This document shows positions 35,867 through 52,888 of a stretch of 64,000 nt of DNA, in pieces. Both the position numbers and the translations under genes were made by a program. Position 1 is the first letter of the stretch. Each line of letters opens with the position of its first letter. This stretch comes from Vermamoeba vermiformis (Eukaryota), in assembly GCA_045837725.1 (NCBI GenBank), contig JBEWZL010000263.1, positions 124,001 through 188,000 of the forward strand, written 5' to 3'. The notes beneath the pieces are model-generated. The model worked only from the letters and a program-made list of their open reading frames with translations. It did not search any database and was not told the origin of the DNA.

Positions 35867-37159
35867 ATGAGTATCATATTATTCTTGTTGATACTGATTC
35901 TCACCTTCATTGGTATGAAAGCACTTGTATTAATTGAAAATGAGTGCAATATTCACGATTATATTACAATAGGCTATAAATATTATTTTGGTGGCAAGAT
36001 TGAGTACTACGACAGCAGTTCCACCAAAATACTGCCAACATTTTTCATTTCCCACGGGAATCCGTCACTGCCGCTCGAGAAGGAGTTCAAATTGTACAAA
36101 TTTCTGCACAATTTCCAAAAAGACCAGCTGCGCGGCTATGCCAAGCCCAAAGGTGCGTGGATCTGTTGTTTCTAGTGTCGATTCAATTTCAAGATTGAAT
36201 ATTGCTCGATGACATATTTCATGCACAGGGCTATATTAATCACGAATACAGGCATTGAAGTGGTCTCAGCGCATGCCGTGGCATATCCGCACAAGATCTC
36301 GCTCAGTCCGAAGCAGTTGTACGACTTCACTGCGGGCAAAGACGCGCCGACCCTGAAGCTAGTACGTGGTGCATATTAACTGAATATAGAGACGACTGCT
36401 CACACACTGCACTAGAAATATCAGCCGCGCGGTGACGAACACCTCTCCAGCCGTGTCGCAGAACTGTTGCGCGCCCAGAACATGGACTGTCTGCTCGATC
36501 CCAAATTAGGCAAGTCACTTCGATCGGTATCGGTGCGCGGTATTATTAACACGCATGTGCAGGCATGGATCACGGCACGTGGGTACCGCTGTCCATCATG
36601 TAAGAGTAGTATGTGACACGTGTCATTCGCTGACTCGCACGCACAGGTTCCCGCGCGCAGACATCCCCGTGGTGATCGTGACGCTGCACCCCGCACTCGA
36701 GGCACACTATCACGTCACTCTCGGCCAGGCACTCGCACCGCTGCGTCGTGAGGGTGTGTTGGTAAGTGTTTCAGTGAACCAGTACCGTTCAGTGAACGCG
36801 TATTGCCCAATTTAGCCACTGACCTCCCCGTGCAGATCATCGGCAGCGGTCAAACCACGTTCAACCAGGGCGCAGAGGGCTCGTACTGGCGCACTGATCA
36901 GCCGCCTGCGTGGAGTGTGGCCTTTGACGACTGGTTGACACGTGTCACAACGAGTGTCACGGGCGAGGAGCGACGTCACGAGCTGATCCACTTCGACAAG
37001 CACGAGGTGTCGTCACGTGCACATCCACCAGGGCACACTGAGCACCTCATGCCTTTTATGGTCAATTACGGCACTCTCAGTTCAGAGAACGCGCCCGTCA
37101 GCAAGGTACATTGCAGTTATCAGGGAAATTTCAGCATGAGTTGTTTTGCGTTCTATTAG
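35867..37159 (+). CDS. LigB/DODA-type extradiol dioxygenase-like protein with N-terminal hydrophobic anchor
   Basis: PTFFISHGNP, VVSAH, WDHGTWVPL, ADIPVV, GQALAPLRREGVLIIGSG and AHP..TEHLMP motifs. Confidence 0.87.
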
Positions 37160-37488
37160 TGCCACTTGCCTTTTATGGAAGGCATGTTGATGAAAGGAGC
37201 TCCTTTCACCACCATTATTTGATGAGTTCCGTGCAGTCTAATCTAACACTGTAAATGCTGCTATTCCAATAAACTTGCTGTTTGTTCACTGAACCACAAG
37301 TTCGTGAACGGCTGAAGTCACGTGATTTCCAAATTAGGCAAATTCCGAAAATGGCAGCCAAACGTGACTTTTGGTGTTTCAGCGCAAATACGCACGATCA
37401 ACATTAACAGCCCACACATTGACTAGTGCGCAGTATATATAACTGCTATTAACAGTGGACTAGTGCATTGATTTGATTTGACAGCGCA

Positions 37489-39984
37489 ATGGAACAGATG
37501 GAGACCCAGCAATCGTCGAACACGCAATCAGGTAGTGGCTCAGTGACTAATAATTACAACAACATTTATCACAAATACTGCGCGATACACGATGCATATT
37601 GAGCTGTGTTGGAATGACAACACCTTATTTCTCGAATATCGATAAATAATTAATTTTGAAAATCATTTTCATGGGCTCAAATTGATAAATATGAACACGT
37701 TACACTAGCGCTTATCTCATTTAAAATTAACTCCGTTTCTCCGTACCTTAACCCCTCGATCTGACCCCTCCCCCAGCCCTCTCAGAGCCCTGGCAGACCC
37801 TGCACAGCGCGTACCGACTAGTGTGGAATATGAAGTTCAGCGAGGCCGAGGCACTGCTGCTCAATCACGTGCAGAGTGCTGCTGATCCCTGGTACTTGAG
37901 TGCTTACGCTGAGGTCTGTACGGCACTCCAATAAGCACATTACTATCATACCCTTATACTGCCCTCACTGACCCCTCGTCCACTCACACCCGCGCAGATC
38001 CAGTTCTATCGCTACACATTCAACGAGACGACAGACAACGAGACCGCACTCAACACGCGTCTAGCACAGCTCGAACAGCGCGCCAATGACATGCACGCTG
38101 CGTCACAGCTCGAGGGCGGATTTGTACGTGATTGGGTGCTATTTATAGCCGCGCACGTGACTTGTACTAATTTGGCAATCAGTTCTCGAATTTCTTCTCG
38201 CGCGCTGGACCGGCGAAAGATCCCGCGCAGTTTGTGGCATATTTGCAAAGCTTAGTGGTGAGTAAATGACACGTGTCAAAGACGATGCAGCACTGACTGA
38301 CACGTGACAGCTGTTGGGCTATGTGAATCTCTGTTATGGCATGGTAAGGGCGTGCAATCACTGGCTGCTGGCACTGACTGCTAAATATAGGTTGAATTCC
38401 GCAAACAATCCATTGTTAAAGGTCAGTGCTTGACACCTGTCACTGCTGTTCAGTGAATGACACCCGTCAACAGGCGGCTACTACCTGCGCAAGAGTTGGA
38501 AGTACTTTGAAGAGGCGGAACAACTCGACCGGCGAGCACGCGAAGAACAGATTGCCGTTCATGAACAGATTCGCGGACTAATTGACTTCGGCTTCGGAGT
38601 ATTTCACTTTGCCATCTCACTCGTGCCGCGCACAGTGCAGTGGCTGGTGGCACTGCTCGGCTTTGAAGGTCAGCGGTCCCTGTCACTCACACACCTGCGC
38701 CGTGCAGCTGACTCGCAGTGTTTAAAGCGTATGTTTGACACGTGTCACTGCGTGGTGCACTAACGCTCCATATTTAGACATTGAAGCACGTGTGGTGCTG
38801 ATCGCGCAGCAGTGGTACTTTGACGACCAACAAGATGCAGCGCAGTCTGCTCTCGACACACTGCTCGCTGAGAACGAGTGAGCTATATATTAGCACTGCT
38901 ATATTTGGCAATCACTAACCACCGCTCATAGCTCTTCGCTGCTGAACTACTTGTCGGGATTCATCGCGAGATCGCGCGGAGATTTGGAGCGAGCAGTCAC
39001 GTGCTTCTCCAAAGTGTTCACAGCCCCCGCAGAGTTCAAACAGTTGCAACTGATTGGCAAGTATCACCTCGGCTACACGTACTTCTTGCTGCAGGATCAC
39101 GTGCACTCCGCGGAGTATTTGCAACAATTCATCGATCAAGGTACGACAAATAACCTAATTAGGAAGTGTTAGAGTAACACTCGCTTGACAGATGTCAGTG
39201 TGTCAGGCAAGAGATTCAGACCCTATGCAGGTATGTCACGTGATTTGTCTTAAAAATAGCCCTCACACTGCACTCTAGCCTTCATGCTGGGCTTCGACTA
39301 CTGGATGCTGGACATGCGTGACAAAGTGCCACCACTATACGCGCAGATCAAGCAGTGGGTGCGCGACAATCAGTCCTTTGACAAGGTACGAAGGGTCAAT
39401 TAATTAATTTGTATAGTGACATTAGATTATTGTATTAATTGATGTTGTGTTGACAAGTACGCACTTCGCCGCGCTGAGAACTTCTTGCGGACTGGCAAAT
39501 TCACCAAGTTCGAGGAGCTATTTATAGGCGCTGCTGCTCTGCATGAAGGAAAGAATTATTCCGCGAGTTTGAAGATGATCGAACAAGTTATTCCGCTGCT
39601 GAAAGAAGAGCCCAACAATCGCGATCAATACGCGCTGTTTTATTGGCTGAAGGGCTCGTGTTTGCGCGGACTGAAGAAACTCGACCGTGCCACCAGCATG
39701 TTCGAGGTACGGTGCTAAATATAGACTTTGATGAGTGGCTAACTGTCGTGCAGCACGCCATTGCGCAAGATCAACTCGCCGTTCATGAACGACACGCAAT
39801 ACCGTACTCGTGGGTAGAACTCGGTGAGATGGCACTCGAGGCTGGAGATCTCGCCAAAGCAGAAGAATTTCTAAATAAGGCGAAGAACTACAAGAAGTAC
39901 GACTGGGAGACATTGCTCAGCTATCGCATCACTGGCAACTTGCAAAAAGTCAGCAAGAAACGCGCTGAGAGCAATGCGAAGTGA
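37489..39984 (+). CDS. TTC39: TTC39/IML2 family TPR protein
   Basis: WNMKFSEAEALL, GYYLRKSWK, FGFGVFHFAISLVP...LLGFEG and NYKKYDWETLLSYRI motifs; many introns. Confidence 0.82.
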
Positions 39985-40225
39985 GTGTAATTACAAAGTA
40001 AATGTACATAGTGAGAGCAGTGTAATAAATGACAATAGGGACTCGTATTAATGAGTAGTTGATGTACAGGCTTAATGACTGAAAGGTAGTAGTATCTAAT
40101 ACTATTAGACTAACTCATGAAGCAATGATTACAAGAATAGCTGATTGAATAGCGATGAGTTTGTAACAGGTGCAGCTATAAATAGGTGTATGTACAAATA
40201 AGGAAGTGGCTATAAACAGATGCAA

Positions 40226-41453
40226 TTACTTGTCCTGAGGTTTGACAGCAAACAAGAAGTAGTTGACAGTAGTGTCGCTGGTCTCGCTCCACGCCTCTTT
40301 GAGGGGATTGTACTTCATGCCCTTCACTTCGCGCACTTCCAGACCTCGATTTGACACTTTTGACAGCAGCTCTTGTGGTCTAATGTACTGCGACCAGTGA
40401 TGCGTGCCCCTACAACGCATTAGTGTCACGTGATGTGTGCTACAAGTTGACATGTGACACTTACACTGACACCCAGCGCAACAAATATTCCGCGGCACCA
40501 ATCGTCAACAGCCACGACTTGAGTGTGCGATCAATGGTGGAGAGGACCAGTGCACCTCCAGGCTGTGAATGAGTCAGTACGCGACACTAGCTTCATATTC
40601 ACGTTGCAGTATTAACTAACCTTGACGAGGCCCTGCAGCGAATCGAGCAGCAGATCCACGCTCTTGACGTGCTCAATCACTTCCAAACAACACACCACAT
40701 CATATGCTGCTCCCACGCGTGCCTTCAGTGACTCAGCGGTGCCGTGTTCATATGTCACGTGATCGCCGTGCTCACCTGCGCGCTCGTGGTGTGCACGTGC
40801 TGCAGCGATGTTTGGCTCAGCTGCATCGATGCCTGTCACGGTGGCACCGAGACGAGCGAGTGACTGGCGAGTAGAGCGTTAGTGTTATATTTACCACATT
40901 ATTATTATTGTCAAATAATTACCTCGGCCAACAGACCAGCGCCACAACCCACATCCAGAATTTTGAGGCCTTGTAACGGCTTTGGACTGTAAGGATCGAG
41001 ATTGAAGTGCTTGCACAGATGATTGCGAATAAAGCCTACTCTTTTAGGATTCATTTGATGAAGCAGCTTCATTTCGCCTGTTTATCGATTAAATAAAATT
41101 AATTTTCTGAACACGAAGGAAATTTGAGAATATTTCATTAGAAAATTCAGTAATAATGGCTTAGAGGAATAATATCGAGGTAATCGGATATATAATGAAC
41201 GTTAGTTACCTGTAGGGTCCCACCATCGTTCAGCCATTTTACCAAATTTTTCAATCTCGTCTGGAATAATCGTGGATGCATCAGCAATATATTGTCGCTT
41301 TTGGGCGGCATTCGTGCTGATTTTTGAATTATTGTTTGCGATTAAATTGTAATTTTTCTTCGCGAGCAATACAGATGTGGTCGCTCCCGCACGCGTGACA
41401 GTGCCTAGACTGGTTTGCAATGGTTTGGAGAGGATGACTAATCTATTTAACAT
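40226..41453 (-). CDS. COQ3: Ubiquinone biosynthesis O-methyltransferase
   Basis: Presequence, EIEKFGKMAERWWDP, LHQMNPKR, ILDVGCGAGL, CLEVIEHV and GTHHW motifs. Confidence 0.94.
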
Positions 41454-42132
41454 AACTAAATATATAACACTATTTACAGGGGTGTTTGATCGTTGGTGAA
41501 AGATTGTTTGAATTGAAAATCATTTTACTGAATTCAGTGGTGCATCCGGTACACAATCAAATACAAGCATTAGCCTAGCGTAAAGAAAGACATTCGTTTG
41601 GTGTTATAATTTATCTCAAGGTAACGCGCTGTCAAGATCTTTGTAAATAGGAAAATTTGTTCTTAACTTCTCGACTTGGGGCTTGTTTTTATTCATTAAA
41701 TTACCACGTAATTAAACATTTAAATCGTACAGCTACAATTACCATGTTTGTTGCCGAACAATCAAAAAGATACTTAATATTGATTGAAAAACTTCGCGGG
41801 TTTATTTTCACTAGACTAGTCTTCTTTGTTTCAACGCCCAATTATTAACTAATTAATTTAAATGCTACAATAATACCTATTTTTGAATTTTTGCTTTCTT
41901 GTGCGTGGGATCTGGTAAGGATCCGGAGAATCGCTTTTCAATCGATGCACATAATCTTTATGATTCTATCGCAATATATCGCATCGGTAGCTATAGTTGT
42001 ATGGCTCTATTGATGGTCAGTAACTCCGGGGTGGTTTTTGTTGGGGACCGGAAAAGGAAAGTATACCGCGAATTAAAACAACACCAAAATATGAGGGAAT
42101 AAGAAGGGGATTTTATAAGGGGCCGGGACTTT

Positions 42133-43209
42133 ATGTCCTCATTCGAGACTGCAGTGATTGGATGTGTCCTCTATGTCGTGTCGCTGATTGTAATTCAACG
42201 CTTGATGCGCAACAGAGAGCCAATTAGACTAGAGACACTAAATCTTATTCACAATATATTCCTCTGCATTGCTTCGTTCGTAATGTTGGCTGGATTGGGT
42301 AAGGATCGGCATTAATTTCTTATTTTATTCTCGATTTAACGAGCTCAGCGCGTACGTGACGTATTAAATATTAAACAAATTATCGTCATAAATTTCCAAT
42401 ATTCAAATAGGCGCCTCTTAAACAAACAGTTTTGATATGACAACTTGACACTTGTAGATCTACCCTTTGTAATTCACTGCTCAGCAAACACTCGAATACT
42501 AATAGTATCTTATTCGACAGTTATTAGCTTGTTATGGATCACCATCGACGACGGGTTTGTTGCCGCTAACTGCGATCCGGAGCGAAAATACTTGAAAGGT
42601 ACTTGCTCAAGTATAAATACAGTACACAATACCAACTCTGATCATAGGTTCACTGCCGTTCTGGTCCTACGTGTTCTATTTGAGCAAGTACTACGAGTGG
42701 CTCGACACCGTGTTCTTAGCACTGAAGAAGAAACACTTGTCCTTCCTGCACACTTATCACCACTTCATCACGCTGTGGATCTGCTGGATTCAACTCGCCA
42801 CTGTACGTCACTCAATATGCATAATATATTGTAATATGCAAATGATATTAATGGCGATCAATAGGACTCAGTTGTTTTCTACGAACCTCTCGTGCTGAAC
42901 TCGCTGATCCACTGCTTCATGTACTACTACTACGCATGCCAATTGCTGCACATCCCCGTGTGGTGGAAGCGACACTTGACTATGGGTCAAATGATTCAAT
43001 TCTTCTTGGACATTGCACTCACCATACCCAAGGCGTACATGGTGCACCAGGGACGATGTACTGGCTCGGTGGCCATGTTCTTCTTCGCCTCGTTCAATCT
43101 CGGTGCTTATTTCTTCTTGTTTTTGAACTTCTATCGCAAGACATACAACGCTGAAAAGAATAGGGCTGAGAAGGGCCAGACTGGATCCGACGACAAGAAG
43201 CACGACTAA
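42133..43209 (+). CDS. Fatty-acid elongase (ELO/GNS1); true start may lie upstream
   Basis: HNIFL, FYLSKYYEWLDT, SFLHTYHH, NSLIHCFMYYYY, WWKRHLTMGQMIQF and a C-terminal KKxx ER signal. Confidence 0.92.
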
Positions 43210-43332
43210 TACTGTACTATTATTACTCATAAACTAGTAGTGTAGTCAAAAACATTTATTTACATGCAAAATTTTTGTTATGTACATTCGCCGCTAAAAA
43301 TACACCTTTGAATTGAGATTGCAATTCCTCAT

Positions 43333-44882
43333 TTAGATCTCAATTTTCTTCACCACGACAGGTGCAGGAGCGTCAACTGATGAGCCCAAATTGAACACGC
43401 GTGCTACACTCGACCAGAATGAAGTGCGCGCACTCTTTCTGCGACGCACGGGCAAGTTGATGGAGGATTGTTGCGCGCTCTGTTTGTACCAGCCCCCCAA
43501 TGAGAGTGCCCAACACACGAGCACCACTGTGAAGCACAGCGCAGCGAGGGCTAGAATGACGGCGGTGGGGGTGAATGTGAAGGTTGAGTCAGTGGCAGTG
43601 CTGAGCCAGTTCAAGGTGCGTGAAGTGCCAGCGGAGGTGAGTTGATTGAGTGCGGGGCCAGTGGACTCGGAGAACAAGAACGGCACGGTGAAGAAGAGCA
43701 CGAACAAGAGCGAGGCGTTGTAGTTGTTGAAGGCTGGCAGCATGTTGAAGTCAGCGGCGGAGAAGTCGAATGAGGACGAGTGCGCAGGGTACGAGCTCGA
43801 TATCACGGCATCACTCGTAGCAGATTCGGTGTAGCTGTAGCTCTTGGTGGGGGTCGCAAAGTCAACCGGCAGTGAAGGATAGGCAGTGAATGAAGGCACG
43901 GCACCGTATTCAGTGCTAGGCAAGGCCTGCTCAGCGAGGGCCATCGCAGTCATGGGGATCGAGATTTCACCGTGCACTTCCATTTGAGGCAAGGGAGAGG
44001 ACTGCTGCACGTACTGAGGGAAGGAAGCAGAGTCGCTAGACTCAGACGAGGGGCTAGCTTCGAACAAGACAGGCTCTTCTTGTTCGTTTGACTCATCTCT
44101 CTCCTCAAAAGCGGAAATATTCGGTACAGCTTCGCCCATGGCTGAGCGGAGTTTGATCACCTCTTCATAGAGACGCTTGTTCATCTTGATAATTTTCTGT
44201 GCTAGAGTTAGTACCCCGGACAAAAATCCACGGAGCAATTAAATGCCCGATCAAGAATCGTTCTCGATCTTGCTTACCTTGTTATCCTTTTCGAGCTTTG
44301 CATTAGTAAGTGCTAATTGAGTAGTCGTGACTTGCAAACGTCTCAATGTTTGAACTGTGCAATGTAAAATAGAGGCTTTGTTGCATTCAACCTCGCGACA
44401 TTCGGGCAATAGTTCTTTTAGGGCCATAATTTCCGTGTTAATTCTCATTCTGCCCTTTTTGGAGGTCAAATTGTGCTTAGTCTTTTGATCCTCCATGCCT
44501 CCGTTTGTCTTTCTGTTAAGAGAAATTTAGTACCCAAGTCCACCCAAATCAAAAAAATCAATTATAATTACCTTCTTTTCGCTGCTCTCTCATCTTCGTC
44601 GGAGGTTGAGGCAGAACTTGGTGATAATTGTTCAAAACTGCCTGAATTATCGAGCATAGGAGGCTGCTGAACCAGGTTCAAAGCCATTTGATCGACAAAA
44701 GTATTGGGAAGAGGTTCTTTTCTCTTGCGACCAGCGCGCTTTTTCGGCTGAGTGCCGTCAGCATTAAATGTAATTAATGTTTCCATTGGTGGTGTTGTTA
44801 AAGGCTTGATATTCTCGACAACAAACACTTGCTGCGGATGTGGTGACGCAGTGTAAGGATTGATCGTAAAATAGTTCATCAT
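43333..44882 (-). CDS. Membrane-tethered bHLH-leucine-zipper transcription factor (SREBP-like topology)
   Basis: Three exons: KTKHNLTSKKGRMRINTEIMALKELLP...NKASILHCTVQTLRRLQ, a long L-heptad zipper and two C-terminal hydrophobic segments. Confidence 0.82.
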
Positions 44883-45320
44883 CTTCTCGCGTGGTACTAG
44901 TCAACTGAGACAATAGCGATAAAAGGAGCGTTTGCGCGACCAAAATAAATGGCGCGTGACGGCAAAGCTTGAAATGCACCATAAAAGGTAAAAATAAGAA
45001 ATGTTTTCACTGATTTTTCGTGTGCTGGACCAATCGCGTAACAGCACGTCGAGAATCCTCCGGTGTACGGTTTACCGTTCGATAAATTAATTTGCGAACA
45101 CCACGACCATAGTTCGTAAAATGTGGTGCACCAAGGGAGCCGCAGAGTTGCAGATCGTCCGACGGTTTACTTGACGGATTCAGGAAAGGAGGTCTGCGAA
45201 TTCAATTGTCAATGTAACCGGCCGGAACCAGGGGTCTAAGAAACTTCCTACGTTTACACAATCTTGAGTTCAATCGAAAACAATCTCGTCCATTTTTTTT
45301 CGCAACCAACTTCAACCAAC

Positions 45321-47305
45321 ATGCCCCGCTTTATACTTGGTGCTTTGCTATTGCTATTTTTATTCGATACTTGCGTAGCTCGTGCGGTGGTTACAGCGTA
45401 TTATAACCCTCAAGCCCAGCAATGGTCCTTTGAGCTCGTTGAAGATGCATCTGGGGTTGCAACTGCAGTATTTTACGATGAAATGAATATCACTGGTTGG
45501 GATCGCCTTTACGTTCGATCAAATCCCAGCTATTCGAACGATTTGCAAGCCTACGCAGCTGGTGAGTCTAAATCCAAGTGACAGTTGGATTGTCACAAGA
45601 AAATCAAAATAATATAATATTATATTTGCCATTAACGTCAAGTGGCAATAACTTATTTATCATCAGGGTACGTGGAAGGAATTATTTCAGCGTTGAAAAT
45701 TAATCAGTGGTATCAAAACTTCTTTGCGGGAGTATTTGGAGACAAAGCGCCAACCAAGCAATTTACTGCGTTCATGACTGCGCAATATCAATGGACTATG
45801 AATCGCGCAGTACAAGGATGCAGCTCCGATAAACAACAGTAAGGTCCAGATCTATTTGATTTCTGTCTCATTCCTTTATCAATAGCCCTGAACGTGAGTA
45901 CTGGTGCCAAGCACTGACAGTGCTGCAGCAGATTGAAGGTCTCACTGACGGCTATGGCGAGATCTATCCCTCGCAAGTAAGTGACTTGCTAAAGAGTGTC
46001 ACCTGTACTCACCTTCATGCAGCTCTCAGTGCTCGACATGTACACGCTCAATGCAGCAGGAGATCTCGAGAACTTGGTAGGACTGTACAATAAGGAGAAT
46101 TATCGCGGCTCTGCTCTCGCTCGTCGACGTGAATTTTTCAATGAAATTGGACTCGACTGTTCAGCGTTCATTAAGGTGACTGACACTGATCTCTTCTTCG
46201 GCCACACAACTTGGACCGAGTACTCGTCGATGAATCGCATTTACAAGCACTATGAACTCAACTACAGCTATCAATCCACCACTGCTCGTCGTGTTGGATT
46301 CTCTTCACGACCAGGTTTCGTCTCGTCCAAGGATGACTTCTATCAAATGGACAGGTAATGTCGTTGCCAATGGTTTGGTATTATGTCTTACTAACTATAA
46401 TCAGCGGTCTCGTGTCACAAGAGACTACCATCTCTCTCATAAATGAAACCTTGTACCAAGCTGTCACGTACAAATCGGTGCTGTGTTTCATGCGTTCAGT
46501 ACTTGCAAATAGAATGGCGCGCAGTGCTCGCGAATGGACTGAAATCTTTGCAAAGTATAACTCGGGAACGTAAGTGAACAGTTGTATTGTGCAGGTGTAC
46601 CTTTCTAACAATGCCTCTTCAGTTACAACAATCAGTGGATGGTCATTGACTTGAACAAGTATTCGCCAGGTCTGCCAATAGTACGCGACACCTTCTGGAT
46701 CATCGAACAAATCCCCGGCATGACGCGCAGTGCTGACATGAGTGACTTCCTCGCGCAGAACGGCTACTGGCCTTCATTCAACGAGGCCTATTTTGCCGAT
46801 ATCTACGCAGTATCTGGTCTGCCCAATCCGTCGCCAATCAACGGCCAGGGCGGTAGCTACATCAATGACCCGCGCTTCAAAATCTTTACTCGCGATCAGA
46901 GCCAAGTGACGTCCATGGCCGGCATGATGCACATCTTGCAGTACAACGATTGGCAGAACGATCCGTTGCAGAAGGGCAGTCCCGCTGAGGGCATTGCATC
47001 GCGCTATGATCTGATTCAGAACAAAACACTTGCATTCGGTGGCATCGATTCCAAGGCAAGTGTCAACCGTGATCCGTTCTGTCGGTTCTGCAACATCTAA
47101 TCTTACACAGATCACGTCATATAATTTGATGTTACCTGCCATGGGATCGGAAAAGGGTCCGATGTTTGTGGTGGCTTATTCAGGACCAACGCACCAAGGT
47201 CAAGATCCATTCGTGTGGACTTCAAAATTCACCGACAAACACGTGGGGCAACCTGATGTATGGGACTTTGATTGGCGAGTAATCTCTTCGAACAGTGCCA
47301 TGTGA
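45321..47305 (+). CDS. Phospholipase B-like (PLBD) Ntn hydrolase, secreted/lysosomal
   Basis: Signal peptide; AAGYVEG, CSAFIKV, GHTTW, SSKDDFY, NSGTYNNQW, IASRYDL and GGIDSK motifs. Confidence 0.94.
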
Positions 47306-47458
47306 TGACCTCGTATAAATAACTCTTCTTTGGTATAATGGGAATCGGTGACATTTCTGGGAGCGTTCACTGAAAAAACTGGCTGAAAGTTTTTCAATCG
47401 ATTTTGATTTAACTTGTTATTACCTTATAGTACACCATATAACTAACAATCAGACAAA

Positions 47459-51312
<3,854 letters not shown>

Positions 51313-51386
51313 GCAGTGTGTTCATTTAAGTAAACATTATTTTATTTTCACATTTGCTTCTGTACATCGACTAGTGACAACGAGCG

Positions 51387-52756
51387 ATGGGATTAAGATC
51401 AAAGATAACGCTAATAGTGCTCATTGGGTTGATTGCGACTGCATTAGTAAGCATAGCGTAATCTTCAGCTAGATCTGCCGTTTAACAACCTAATTTATTA
51501 ATTACCAGTCACGAGATTTTCCATGCCCGTTCTCAAGAGTATTAAGCCTGCAGAACCCTCCACTAACGGGTAATATTTCCACAACTATATTTTATGTTGA
51601 ATTTCTCAGCGCCAATATACTATCATCGAATTAATTACCGTTAATAATTCACAAATACTGTTAAAATTACAACTGTAATTTTCAGGGCCGGATGTGCGCG
51701 TGTTACAAAATTTGCTCAACAGATCCTCTTTCGTTAAGCCTGCCGTTGCTATTACAATGAACTACGACCAAGACACTGCCCACGCTGTCAAACAGTTCCA
51801 AGTTGGTCACAAATTGTACGTATTCTGTGCCGTGCCATCCAGTTCACTCACATTCGCTACAGACGCGTGACGAAAGGCGTGGTTGAGCAGCGCACTGCAG
51901 ATCTGTTGCTCAAGTTGCACACTGACGACCATTATACCGATGATGGCAGTATATTGCCGGGCTACAAGTACAAGGTGAGTGCGCTGACACGTGTCAAACA
52001 CAGACCGACACTGACTGATCACGTGCTCAGGTATACTTGCCGGTATATCGCAATCGATCGATCGAGACCAAGGGCACGCTGTTCGATGCCACCATGCAGC
52101 CGCTGTTCACCTTCCACGCACGGGCTCACGGACAGAACGACGCGCACGGCAACGCACTCGGCATGGTGGGTATTTGACACGTGTCACAGTACAGGTCAGT
52201 GATTGACACGTGATGGCAGTTCTGTTCGAGTGGCAACACCCCGACTGGTCTGTTTGAATTTGACTTGAACTCACCCGGTACGTGTCCCTGCAGCTATTAT
52301 TAGATCGGTGTATATTGACCTCCCCCCGCAGAGGATGATCCAGTCTCGTTTGGTCCCTATCCCGTCAATCGTGTCACCAATGGACTGCGCGGCAATGGTT
52401 TTGTCACCACGAATGACGTCCGCACTGTGCGCAATGGCATCTTGCTGCACACTGGTGAGTGCTCGAAGTGACACGTGTCACTAGTAGTGCAGTAGAATTG
52501 ACGCGATGACAGGTGAGTGGCAGAACTGGACCCCCTCGCAGCCAATGCCCAACTCGAACGGCTGCATCCACAGCCACCCTGACGAGATCAAGCAGGTAAT
52601 GTGGCGCTGTCGTCTTTGCGTCATTCTTCTCATGCCTGGTAATAGATTTGGCATATTCTCGTGTCTTTGGGCGTACAAGTGCGCAATAATACCGATGGCA
52701 AGCTGCCTTATCCGTACAAACCTCAAGGCTTGATCTCGATCGAGCAACAGGATTAG
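51387..52756 (+). CDS. Secreted peptidoglycan-binding-domain + YkuD/L,D-transpeptidase-fold protein
   Basis: Signal MGLRSKITLIVLIGLIATAL; PGBD-like RVLSLQNPPLTGPDVRVLQNLL...TAHAVKQFQ; then GNTPTG and GILLHTG-x11-NSNGCIH; about 8 introns. Confidence 0.78.
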
Positions 52757-52888
52757 AGAACAGTTGTAGATTGTAGATTAGTAGCACCAAATAACAAGAG
52801 CCAAGTCTTATTAAATATAATGCTGGTTCATAAAATGTGATTCAACACAAGTAACGCGCGAGTAATTCATTTTGTTACGCGATCCCCA

